From a virus: a stretch of 64,000 nucleotides of DNA. Shown piece by piece: positions 35,847 through 44,062 of this stretch; position 1 is the stretch's first letter; every line of letters begins with the position of its first letter. Position numbers and translations under genes: made by a program. The stretch lies in the IMG/VR virus record IMGVR_UViG_3300045988_143923; one strand, written 5' to 3'. The notes under the pieces are model-generated. The model saw only the letters and a list, made by a program, of their open reading frames with translations, was not told the origin of the DNA and did not search any database.

Positions 35847-36344
35847 ATGATTGTATTCGCAGTATCTCAGCTCCGCAGTTATTACGACTGCGGAGAACGA
35901 TATTTTGGCACCGAGGGTATTTTTCTTACTTACGGCGAAGCAAAGGAATTTATCAAGCAGGAGATCGACGATATCATCTCCGGTTCTAACATAGACGACC
36001 ATGAGACATTCTTCGGCTCGGACGACGAATTCGAGGACGAGGTGTCTTTGACTGATAATTCCATCTCGAGTTTCGGTCACAAGTTTCAATGGGATATTTC
36101 GCCTGTTACATTGAAAAAATCTGTGAAACAGAAGGTTTTCGAAACCATCCAGCACGAAAACGATATTGAAGATATCAAAAATATTATCGAAGTCGAAGAC
36201 GATCTGCTCTACGACCATATCCGCGATATTTCGATTGACACCATGAACCGTATGGCATACCTCAAACGCGAGAAGGAAGACAACGGCATGGCGTGGAACG
36301 ATGCCGCATCCGCAGCATTCCATGAAGTAATCAACCAGCAGTAA
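35847..36344 (+). CDS. hypothetical acidic protein
   Basis: 165 aa, AAGGAGG RBS. Confidence 0.65.
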   Translation: MIVFAVSQLRSYYDCGERYFGTEGIFLTYGEAKEFIKQEIDDIISGSNIDDHETFFGSDDEFEDEVSLTDNSISSFGHKFQWDISPVTLKKSVKQKVFETIQHENDIEDIKNIIEVEDDLLYDHIRDISIDTMNRMAYLKREKEDNGMAWNDAASAAFHEVINQQ

Positions 36345-36362
36345 ATAAGGAGTGTATACATC

Positions 36363-36974
36363 ATGACTATCAATACCAATATTAAGATCAGCCCGGGCAA
36401 TTCCAAGATGGGAGCAATCCCGTCCGTCAGCCTGCCGGCCATTAAGACCTGCCGCGACTGCAAATGCAAAGAGAAGTGCTACGCAGCTAAGCTGGAGCGT
36501 CTGAGACCGACCGTAAGAAACGCCTATCAGCATAACCTCGAGGTGCTCCAGAGCAATCCTGAGACGTTCTGGCGTGAAGTAGAGGCAACCGTAATGCTTA
36601 ACCGTTACTTCCGGTTTCACGTCAGCGGTGACATTCCGAGCAAGGATTATCTGTTCCGCATGATCGGTATCGCCGAGCGCAATCCGCACTGCGAAATCCT
36701 GTGTTTTACCAAGCGATATGATTTTGTAAACGCTGTCCTGCGTGACGGCAAGCATATTCCCAACAATTTACATCTCATTCTTTCCGGATGGGTTGACCTC
36801 GAAATGGTCAATCCTTTTTCTTTACCCGAAGCACACGTTCGCTTCAAGGATGGCACAACGACCGCAAGAGCAGATGCAAAGCCGTGCAGCGGTAACTGTG
36901 CCGAGTGTGCAATGACTGACACCGGCTGTTGGACACTGAAGCGCGGCGAGCAGGTTGTGTTCAACGAGCACTAA
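36363..36974 (+). CDS. Cys-rich GP88-like protein (tentative)
   Basis: 203 aa; N-terminal NSKMGAIPSVSLPAIKTCRDCKCKEKCYA and C-terminal CSGNCAECAMTDTGCW clusters. Confidence 0.4.
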   Translation: MTINTNIKISPGNSKMGAIPSVSLPAIKTCRDCKCKEKCYAAKLERLRPTVRNAYQHNLEVLQSNPETFWREVEATVMLNRYFRFHVSGDIPSKDYLFRMIGIAERNPHCEILCFTKRYDFVNAVLRDGKHIPNNLHLILSGWVDLEMVNPFSLPEAHVRFKDGTTTARADAKPCSGNCAECAMTDTGCWTLKRGEQVVFNEH

Positions 36975-37021
36975 ACCGACCGAACGAAAACAACAAATCC
37001 GACCGATTGGAGGTAATCAAA

Positions 37022-37303
37022 ATGAAAAAAATCTATGTTCTGCGCTACTGGTACGATAATGAAGATACTTCCGGCGGTGAAGTAATCGCCGCCAGTGAGA
37101 ACTTGCACACACTGAACAGCATCATGCGTGACAGCGTAAAGCGCAGCGGCGTTCTGGATGATGAGGAAACCGAGTGGGACGAGGACGAAACCGAGTTCCT
37201 GACCGACGACCCTAACCAGATGTATGTTTGTTACTCTTTTTATTGCAGTCCCTGCAATTACGCCAAAACCGTGTGGGAAATCACCGAAGTCGAAGTGAAA
37301 TAA
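37022..37303 (+). CDS. hypothetical protein
   Basis: 93 aa from ATG 37022 (RBS GGAGGT). Confidence 0.6.
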   Translation: MKKIYVLRYWYDNEDTSGGEVIAASENLHTLNSIMRDSVKRSGVLDDEETEWDEDETEFLTDDPNQMYVCYSFYCSPCNYAKTVWEITEVEVK

Positions 37304-37315
37304 GGAGGAAAATAC

Positions 37316-37873
37316 ATGAAAAAGATTTACAAATGTACCGAATGCGGTAAGTCGTTCACCCTTGACGATTGCGAGCTTCCCGAGCCGCGCACCATCAACG
37401 ACGGCACAAAACACGAGCGCATTGTCTGCGATTCCTGTTTTGAATACCTGTGGGATAAAACGGAAATCGTCAACTGCTTCAACTGTGGCTGTTGGTTTGA
37501 CAGCCGGGACGTTCTGCTCCACGGAGAAGATATCGGAAGCGAAACCTTTTATCCCTGCCCGAATTGCAATCATGATATTGTCGATGGCAAAACGAAAGCA
37601 GAGTACATTAAAGAAGCGAATCTGACAAAGGCAGAAGAAAACCCGAGCTTCGCAGTCACTTTTGCCTACGATGATGGTGACAACGCCACTTATCTCTTCC
37701 CGACGGAAGAAAAGCGCATTATGTTTATCGACCAGAGGATCAGAGACCTCAAGGAAGACGGCACTTACCTTGGTTCGGCCAGCATCCATCCCGATGCACT
37801 CGTTGTCATCACCGAGGATGCAAACAGGGAAAAGCACCGTATGCAGATCATTAAGAGCAACATTTATCGATAA
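37316..37873 (+). CDS. multi-zinc-ribbon protein (candidate partner of the downstream MazF-like toxin)
   Basis: 185 aa; CTECG...CDSC, CFNCGC, CPNCNH; ends 11 nt before the toxin gene. Confidence 0.6.
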   Translation: MKKIYKCTECGKSFTLDDCELPEPRTINDGTKHERIVCDSCFEYLWDKTEIVNCFNCGCWFDSRDVLLHGEDIGSETFYPCPNCNHDIVDGKTKAEYIKEANLTKAEENPSFAVTFAYDDGDNATYLFPTEEKRIMFIDQRIRDLKEDGTYLGSASIHPDALVVITEDANREKHRMQIIKSNIYR

Positions 37874-37884
37874 GGAGAATATTT

Positions 37885-38286
37885 ATGAACGACAGAGACA
37901 TTCGCCGCGGCGACATTTTTTACATCAAGAACGATGACAACGCAGTAGGCTTCGAGCAGAAGAAAACCCGACCGGCCATCATCGTATCCAACAACGCCAA
38001 CAATCGCGCTTCCGGTGTGGTAGAGATCGTGTATCTGACCACATCGCAAAAGCATCGTCCGCTTCCGACTCACATTCGAGTTCGCGGTTACGTTCCGTCC
38101 ATTGCTCTCTGCGAACAGGTTGTGACGGTCGATGTGAGCCGCCTGATGGAGCGAATCGGCTGCTGCAGCTACGATGAAATGGAAGCGGTCAATTGCGGAC
38201 TGGCGGTTTCACTCGGCTTAAAGAGCGTAAATAGTTACTCATATCAGCAGGTTAGAAGTGAAAAGCCGTGGTTATTTGCCAAATAA
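37885..38286 (+). CDS. PemK/MazF-family toxin-like protein
   Basis: 133 aa; RRGDIFYI....G.EQKKTRPAIIVSNN.....GVVEIVYLTT......P.H......SIALCEQVVTVD..RL matches the MazF/PemK fold signature. Confidence 0.7.
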   Translation: MNDRDIRRGDIFYIKNDDNAVGFEQKKTRPAIIVSNNANNRASGVVEIVYLTTSQKHRPLPTHIRVRGYVPSIALCEQVVTVDVSRLMERIGCCSYDEMEAVNCGLAVSLGLKSVNSYSYQQVRSEKPWLFAK

Positions 38287-38314
38287 ATTGTTCACAAATT
38301 ATTAACAGGTTTCC

Positions 38315-38343
38315 GCGTCCTTTTTTCGGGTCAGACGTATAGT
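38315..38343 (+). promoter_or_regulatory. phage promoter class GCGTCC-N17-TATAGT (copy D)
   Basis: GCGTCC 38315-38320, 17-nt spacer, TATAGT 38338-38343; upstream of the RepA_N gene. Confidence 0.5.
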
Positions 38344-38379
38344 AGATAGTATCGGGAAAAAACTCGGAGGACAAAGAAA

Positions 38380-39348
38380 ATGAAAGAAAATACCAATCGA
38401 GTGGGCGACTTTTCGTTCATTCGCTTTCCGGCGGCACTGGTCAAGCTGCCCTGTTTCAAAGCACTTTCCGCTGACGCTAAACTTCTTTACGCCTTAATTG
38501 TAGATCGGTTCAACCTCTCTATCTCGAATAAATGGAGAGATGAAAACGGTACGCCGTATGTCTATTTTTCCATTGACTCGGTGATGGAAAGCATTGGCTG
38601 TGCAAAGGCAAAAGCGGTCAAGCTGATGGATACGCTCGAAGATTGGGGTCTCATTCGCAGAGCGAAGCAAGGGCTCGGCAAGCCGAATCGCATCTATGTG
38701 CTCGACCCGGCATTGCTCGACCAGTTCGAAAACCGAACCACTTTATCCACAAGCTCATCCACAGACCAGTTCGATTCTGATACCAGTTCGGAAATCAAAC
38801 CGGTCGGAAATCAAACCACTTTATCCACAGACCAGTTTGATTCTGAAACTACTTTATCCACAGACCAGTTCGATAATCAAACCAGTTCAGACCAGTTCGA
38901 TTTTGAGACTAGTTCGATTATCAAACCCAAGAAGTTTGATTTTCAAACCCAAGAAGTTCGATTTTCAAACCCTAATCAGACTAAGTATAATCAGACTAAT
39001 AATAATCAGACTGAAAGGACAGAGAGAGAAACGAAAGTCCCGGCTCTGGTCAGCGGCGTCATGAACCAGAATGCAAAGGAAATTCTTTGCAGAAGTTTTG
39101 ACGAAGCCTTAGTGAAGCGGACAACCAGTCTGCTCTATGAACTCGTAGCAACACCGAGCCAACACGTTCGCGTTGATAACACACTGACAAGCGGCTACGC
39201 TCTCAGCCAGCAGTTGGCTAATATCAGCGTAGAGCAAATCCAGTCGGCGCTGAATAACTTCACAACAAGAACATGTCCTGCAGCAGAGGAACGAGATTAC
39301 TTACTGACAGCATTGTATGACGCAAGCAAGAATAACAGAACATCATAG
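38380..39348 (+). CDS. RepA_N-family replication initiator
   Basis: 322 aa; F.FIRFP..L......KALSADAKLLYALIVDRFNLS..NKWRDENG.PYVYFS.....E.IGC...KAVKLMD.LE.WGLIRR......KPNRIYV; central region encoded by dense DNA repeats. Confidence 0.7.
   Translation: MKENTNRVGDFSFIRFPAALVKLPCFKALSADAKLLYALIVDRFNLSISNKWRDENGTPYVYFSIDSVMESIGCAKAKAVKLMDTLEDWGLIRRAKQGLGKPNRIYVLDPALLDQFENRTTLSTSSSTDQFDSDTSSEIKPVGNQTTLSTDQFDSETTLSTDQFDNQTSSDQFDFETSSIIKPKKFDFQTQEVRFSNPNQTKYNQTNNNQTERTERETKVPALVSGVMNQNAKEILCRSFDEALVKRTTSLLYELVATPSQHVRVDNTLTSGYALSQQLANISVEQIQSALNNFTTRTCPAAEERDYLLTALYDASKNNRTS
38737..39015. repeat. iteron-like direct repeats inside the RepA_N gene
   Basis: ACCACTTTATCCACAGACCAGTTCGAT variants (x3), GACCAGTTCGATT (many), TCAAACCCAAGAAGTTYGATTT (x2), AATCAGACT (x4). 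Confidence 0.85.
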
Positions 39349-39359
39349 GAGAATGACAC

Positions 39360-39593
39360 ATGAACAAGATGAACCGCAAGCAGCTCAGTGACCTGATCAG
39401 CCGTATCGAAACCATCCACGAGGAGCTGGATGAAATCAAGGACGGTGAGGAAGAGAAGTTCGATAACATGCCGGAGAGCCTGCAGGACAGCGAGAAGGGC
39501 GAAGCACTTTCCGAGATCATCGATTTTCTCGATTCCGCATCGGAGAGTCTGAACGAATGCGTCGAGAGCATTCAGAGCGCAATCGACAACTGA
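39360..39593 (+). CDS. small acidic coiled-coil protein
   Basis: 77 aa, AGGAG RBS. Confidence 0.6.
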   Translation: MNKMNRKQLSDLISRIETIHEELDEIKDGEEEKFDNMPESLQDSEKGEALSEIIDFLDSASESLNECVESIQSAIDN

Positions 39594-39623
39594 CACATAA
39601 GCAGCGAAAGGAGATTACACAAT

Positions 39624-40451
39624 ATGGCAGCGGAAGTAATTAAACTTTATCAAGACGAGAACGTAGAGCCGTTGCAGAACATGACGAGGTATGCAGCGAT
39701 TGACTACAATCTCCTTGCCTCCGCTCTGGCTGACGAAATGGAACGCCGCCAGAAGGCAGAGCAGGCGCAGAAAAAAGCCGCCAGAGCAGAAGCCTCGGTT
39801 AAGCGCCGTACAACGGTCGGCGCAAATGGCACGGTCGATCCTATCCGCAACAAAGAGGACATCTTCAAGATTGCACAGTATTTCTATGACAAAGGTCAGC
39901 TTCGCAATGCACTGATGTTTCTCATTGGATGCAGTATAGGTTTACGATGTGGAGATCTCTGTAAGGCTAAAATCGGGGATATTGCAGAGGACGGTAAATG
40001 CCGCTTAAAAGAAGAAAAGACCGGCAAGTACAGGACAGTAGTGCTTAACAATTTTGCAATGCAGTGCTACCGTGAATTAGTGGCTTCGATTCCAAATCAC
40101 ACGAATGAAACACCACTGTTTATCTCTCAAAAAGGGGAAAATCAGAGTATTGAGCGCGGCTCGTTCGGCCGTATCCTCCGAAATGCTGGCAAGGATTTGA
40201 ATCTCCCGTACAAGCTCGGCACGCATAGCATGAGAAAAACGTTCGGTTATCACCTGTTCATGGATAACCAGCAGTCGCCGGAGATTCTGGCGTATGTGCA
40301 AGAGATACTCAATCATACAAGTGGAAGGACAACGCTTCGTTACATCGGTCTGGACGAAGAAAAGAAAAACAAGCTGTACGAGAACCTCGACTACGGATTC
40401 ACACTGGATGATATCAAAGGCAAAGACATTACAGAGAGCGAGGAGAAGTGA
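39624..40451 (+). CDS. tyrosine recombinase (phage integrase family)
   Basis: 275 aa; GLRCGDL (Arg I), HSMRKTFG (H-x-x-R), LNHTSGRTTLRYIG (His...Tyr). Confidence 0.75.
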   Translation: MAAEVIKLYQDENVEPLQNMTRYAAIDYNLLASALADEMERRQKAEQAQKKAARAEASVKRRTTVGANGTVDPIRNKEDIFKIAQYFYDKGQLRNALMFLIGCSIGLRCGDLCKAKIGDIAEDGKCRLKEEKTGKYRTVVLNNFAMQCYRELVASIPNHTNETPLFISQKGENQSIERGSFGRILRNAGKDLNLPYKLGTHSMRKTFGYHLFMDNQQSPEILAYVQEILNHTSGRTTLRYIGLDEEKKNKLYENLDYGFTLDDIKGKDITESEEK

Positions 40452-40456
40452 ACGCA

Positions 40457-40840
40457 ATGGCGAAAATGCGAGTACCCGAGCGCGGTTCTGAGGAAGAGCG
40501 CCGCTATTATCTTACGAAAGAAGGTCTTAAAGATTTCGATAGCTACAAGGAATTCGATTGGCGCCGGGCGTTGGAGCTTCTGTTCGAGGATGCACCTGAC
40601 GTAAACTGGCAGAATTGCAGCGCAAACGACTTCAAGGAGCTCCGTGACAAAGGAGTGATCACTGAAGAAGAGTGCGATCTGGCGCTTAGCATTGGTTCCA
40701 GAATGCTTTCGCAGGCACTGCATTTCCCGGAGACGCCGCTTCACGAAAAAATTCTGGTTGTGCTGTTCGGAGGCCCGTGGTCGATTTATCTTTGGTTGTT
40801 CATTACGGCCTTCGTGATTCATTGTATACTTTTGGGCTGA
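40457..40840 (+). CDS. hypothetical membrane-anchored protein, paralogue 1
   Basis: 127 aa; shares RGS.EER.YY.TKEGL...D..FDWRR..ELLFEDAP.VNW..CS..DF..LRD.GVIT.EECD with the next gene; C-terminal TM helix. Confidence 0.6.
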   Translation: MAKMRVPERGSEEERRYYLTKEGLKDFDSYKEFDWRRALELLFEDAPDVNWQNCSANDFKELRDKGVITEEECDLALSIGSRMLSQALHFPETPLHEKILVVLFGGPWSIYLWLFITAFVIHCILLG

Positions 40841-40883
40841 ATAATTACGATAATGACAGATTTACGATAAGGAGATAATTTTT

Positions 40884-41279
40884 ATGAGTAAGAAAGTATT
40901 GAAGAGGGGTTCGGCAGAAGAACGGTGGTATTATACCACCAAAGAGGGTCTTGACAGCGTTGACATCGATGATGATTTTGATTGGCGGAGAGGCATGGAG
41001 TTGTTGTTCGAAGATGCCCCGGAAGTCAACTGGGAGCATTGCAGCATGGAAGACTTTCAGATGTTGCGAGACACAGGGGTCATCACAAAAGAAGAATGTG
41101 ATATCGCCTGTGACATCGGAGCAACTATGATCGCTCATAAATTCTGCAGCGCACAGGCGAAAACTTCGTGGTACGACCCGATTTTGTACCTTCTGTTCTG
41201 TAATGGATGGGTTTCGGCATTCTTTTGGTTCATGATTATTTACGCGGTCTTTTCCACCATTTGTGCGAGCATTTATTAA
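40884..41279 (+). CDS. hypothetical membrane-anchored protein, paralogue 2
   Basis: 131 aa, AAGGAG RBS; tandem paralogue of the 40457 gene. Confidence 0.65.
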   Translation: MSKKVLKRGSAEERWYYTTKEGLDSVDIDDDFDWRRGMELLFEDAPEVNWEHCSMEDFQMLRDTGVITKEECDIACDIGATMIAHKFCSAQAKTSWYDPILYLLFCNGWVSAFFWFMIIYAVFSTICASIY

Positions 41280-41295
41280 ACGGGGGTGAATAACA

Positions 41296-41886
41296 ATGTT
41301 ACCGGGATTTCAGTTACTTTTAGGCTTGGGTGCTTTGTTTACAGCAGATGTACGCCAGCGGGCTGAACAGGCTAACAGACCCGATCAGGCCACGCCGGAG
41401 AGTATGGCTTTGTTCGAGAAATATCTGGACATCAGAGCGAAAGCCATTGAGTATCCAGACGAAGACTGGCCCAGATATCGTATCGCTAATAAAGGATTCA
41501 AAACAAACTGGAAGCGCCTCGCCGGGTATTGGAACACCAGTATCCACGGATTGCAGATTGAATATTTCGAGTGGAAGTGTGAGCAGCTCGGAATCGAATT
41601 CAATTACAAGCTGGTGCATCGTGCTTATCACCGCGATGATGTGACAGGCAGAGGATGGCACTATCCGGAATACGATATTGAGCCGTACTATCCGATTGAT
41701 GAATCCATCGATCCTCGCGTAAAAGAAGACAAGGAGAAGAAACGCAAGGAAGAGGAGGCTGTGCGAAAGCAGGAAGCCTACTTGAACAGCGACGAGCGTA
41801 AAAAACTCGACGATGAAATCCGCCAGCGACGCGCCGCTCACCGGGCAGAACGTCTGGCCAGAGAAGCAGCAGAAAAGCGAAAGTAA
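41296..41886 (+). CDS. hypothetical protein with Lys/Arg/Glu-rich C-terminus
   Basis: 196 aa, GGGGGTGA RBS. Confidence 0.6.
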   Translation: MLPGFQLLLGLGALFTADVRQRAEQANRPDQATPESMALFEKYLDIRAKAIEYPDEDWPRYRIANKGFKTNWKRLAGYWNTSIHGLQIEYFEWKCEQLGIEFNYKLVHRAYHRDDVTGRGWHYPEYDIEPYYPIDESIDPRVKEDKEKKRKEEEAVRKQEAYLNSDERKKLDDEIRQRRAAHRAERLAREAAEKRK

Positions 41887-41905
41887 AAAAAACGAAGCAG
41901 AAGTG

Positions 41906-41936
41906 AGAAGTCCCTATATTGGGACTTCTTTCTTTT
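41906..41936 (+). terminator. rho-independent terminator
   Basis: AGAAGTCCC-TATATT-GGGACTTCT followed by TTCTTTT. Confidence 0.75.
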
Positions 41937-42032
41937 GCATGAAAAACTTACCATTGCATAGACAAGGTAAAAATGGTATTATAAGCATATCTGAAAATGC
42001 GAACACTTGTTCGATAAAATGGAGGAGCAGTC

Positions 42033-42350
42033 ATGACCACAATTTTCTTTAATGACTGGAGAAGTTTGAATCATTTTCTCCAAGAAGGGAACTTCATTAG
42101 CCTCGAGATGGAGCTTTCCCATCACAAAAACGATACAGCCGCAATCGAAATGATTTGCGATTCGGTCGAGCCACTGAAAAACGGTGTGTACTTAGCAGCC
42201 GTGATGACAGGCAAGGTCTTCATCGAAGGTGACCTGCTCTGGGCGGTTGCAAAAGAAACTGAGCCGGACATTTTCTTTCTCAGCCTCCGCGTAGTAGGGC
42301 AGTCTCCATATTATTTCACGGTCGGTGTCGGAGAAGACGAAGACTGCTGA
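42033..42350 (+). CDS. hypothetical protein
   Basis: 105 aa, GGAGGAG RBS. Confidence 0.6.
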   Translation: MTTIFFNDWRSLNHFLQEGNFISLEMELSHHKNDTAAIEMICDSVEPLKNGVYLAAVMTGKVFIEGDLLWAVAKETEPDIFFLSLRVVGQSPYYFTVGVGEDEDC

Positions 42351-42355
42351 TAATC

Positions 42356-42385
42356 TTGTTAAATTCCTCGTGTTTGTGTTATAAT
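42356..42385 (+). promoter_or_regulatory. sigma70-type promoter with extended -10
   Basis: TTGTTA, 18-nt spacer, TGT-TATAAT; same architecture as the 28923 promoter. Confidence 0.55.
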
Positions 42386-42418
42386 AGCCGTATCAGTATG
42401 AATGCGAGGAATTGCAGT

Positions 42419-43282
42419 ATGGACGGTAAAAGCGATTACGAAAGCCTGCGAAAACAATATACGAGTTCGTTATCCTCTGTCAGCAAAAAAATAATGGAGA
42501 GCATATTCAGAAGTGCAAAGCCGATTGAGTTATCTTCTGGAAAGCCGATGGAACGTTTTTCGGGAGCAGAATGGAGAGAACTGTTCCGACAGGCAGTGTG
42601 GGATAGACCAACCACGTCAAAATATAGACGCCGCGATATCCATAACTACGGAGTTTTTCTTGTTGAAAATGGTGCCAGCTTTGATTTTAATGCTCTGGAA
42701 GAAACCACCGGGCAACAGGCAGAATCATGGGGCAAAAGGTATTTTATCTCATTCGAAGAAATGGAGCGTACATTTTTAGAGCTTCCATTTCGCGGAGGAA
42801 GTTACAACAAGAAGGCTTTGGTTCTCGCGTTATTATCTCTTGGCCTGCAAATGAAAGAGATCGCGGCATTGACTAGAACTGCGGTAGATGAGAACAAACG
42901 GACAGTAAGAGTTGAACGTCTAACAATCGAAGATGTTGAACCATTTGTATTTCGTTTCCTCCCTCTGACAGGAGAACAGCTTATACAGACGCAATCACAG
43001 TCTCCGGTGACAGAGAAGACGGTTGAGAACATTGCATACCGAGTGTTCCGTCAGCAGGAAGCTAAAGAATTGTCTCGCTCTATTGCTCCGAAGAATCTTG
43101 CTGAGTCCTATTTTTTCTTAAAACTGAGAAAGTATGAAAGAATATCCGGCGAGTTAATCGAGAATCTGGCTAAAAGGGAGTGGTTTTACGAGCAATGCCG
43201 CAAATGGTCTGGATTGGTCGATGATAAAATTATCTTTTCATCCTTAATTCGTGACTATAACAGACTTAAAAAGCTCGAATGA
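42419..43282 (+). CDS. hypothetical protein
   Basis: 287 aa from ATG 42419 (RBS GAGGAA). Earlier in-frame starts lie upstream of, or at, the predicted transcription start. Confidence 0.55.
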   Translation: MDGKSDYESLRKQYTSSLSSVSKKIMESIFRSAKPIELSSGKPMERFSGAEWRELFRQAVWDRPTTSKYRRRDIHNYGVFLVENGASFDFNALEETTGQQAESWGKRYFISFEEMERTFLELPFRGGSYNKKALVLALLSLGLQMKEIAALTRTAVDENKRTVRVERLTIEDVEPFVFRFLPLTGEQLIQTQSQSPVTEKTVENIAYRVFRQQEAKELSRSIAPKNLAESYFFLKLRKYERISGELIENLAKREWFYEQCRKWSGLVDDKIIFSSLIRDYNRLKKLE

Positions 43283-43362
43283 GTTGTATACTATCACTAA
43301 GAACGGCTATGTAGCCGTTCTTTTTTGTGCAATTAACCAAAACGAAAAAACTTTCAAAATTC

Positions 43363-43391
43363 GCGTCCCAAAAACGCGATTTTTGTATAGT
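43363..43391 (+). promoter_or_regulatory. phage promoter class GCGTCC-N17-TATAGT (copy B)
   Basis: TTCGCGTCCCAAAAACGCGATTTTTGTATAGTAGTA upstream of the sigma-factor gene. Confidence 0.5.
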
Positions 43392-43430
43392 AGTAAGTGT
43401 AAGGGAAATCGAGTAACGTATTCTACACCA

Positions 43431-43482
43431 AAAGGAAGAATTGACACCATTTATGAAATCACAAAGGAAGAATTGACACCAT
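43431..43482 (+). repeat. two 20-nt direct repeats AAAGGAAGAATTGACACCAT in the sigma-gene leader
   Basis: Copies at 43431-43450 and 43463-43482. Confidence 0.85.
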
Positions 43483-43517
43483 CCCTTGCGAGAAAACCAG
43501 AATCGGAGGGATTGCAG

Positions 43518-44033
43518 ATGATTGATGAAAGCCAATATCAAAAAGCGCTGCTCTTGTTTGAGCAGCATGACAAGATCAGATATTTCGTTATCCGCAAATA
43601 TTACCCGACCTTGCTCTACAACGAGGATGTGGAGCAGGCGACAAAATGCGGATTGTGGCGAGCGGCCGTAACATACGACCAGAATAAGGATTGTACATTT
43701 TCCCATTATGCAATTTCCTGCATCATGGCGGAGATGGTTCCCTACACCAGAACCATCAATAAGCACAATAAAGCTACGGATAACGCGATTAAATGTTCCG
43801 ATAGAAATCGCCGCCCGATGAATTCGCCGGATGACGTCCTCTGCATTGACCTGCTGGACTTCCTCGCTCGGCTTCCAAGTGATCTGAAAGTTGTAGTCGA
43901 TTACCGAAAAGTCGGCTATCGCTCTGAAGAAATTGGTCAAATCCTCGGAATCACAAAGCGGTCGGTTGACCGCCGGCTGGTAAAGGCACTGAGAATGTGG
44001 CACGACTTTATCGACGATTCGTCTGCGGCATAA
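43518..44033 (+). CDS. sigma-70 family (region 2 + region 4) sigma factor
   Basis: 171 aa from ATG 43518 (RBS GGAGGG); ...DVEQATKCGLWRAAVTYD......FSHYAISCI (region 2-like) and GYRSEEIGQILGITKRSVDRRLVKAL (region 4 HTH). Confidence 0.6.
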   Translation: MIDESQYQKALLLFEQHDKIRYFVIRKYYPTLLYNEDVEQATKCGLWRAAVTYDQNKDCTFSHYAISCIMAEMVPYTRTINKHNKATDNAIKCSDRNRRPMNSPDDVLCIDLLDFLARLPSDLKVVVDYRKVGYRSEEIGQILGITKRSVDRRLVKALRMWHDFIDDSSAA

Positions 44034-44062
44034 CCTCGCGGGGCGAAAGCCCCGCAAAATAT

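Noticed and set aside
34992-36755. 587-aa minus-strand ORF, the longest in this part of the window
   Set aside because: It overlaps four plus-strand genes that each have strong RBSs and coupled starts and stops. It has no RBS and no motif, and the plus-strand codon bias keeps the antisense frame open.
36971-37837. 288-aa minus-strand ORF
   Set aside because: It is antisense to two RBS-supported plus-strand genes and has no independent support.
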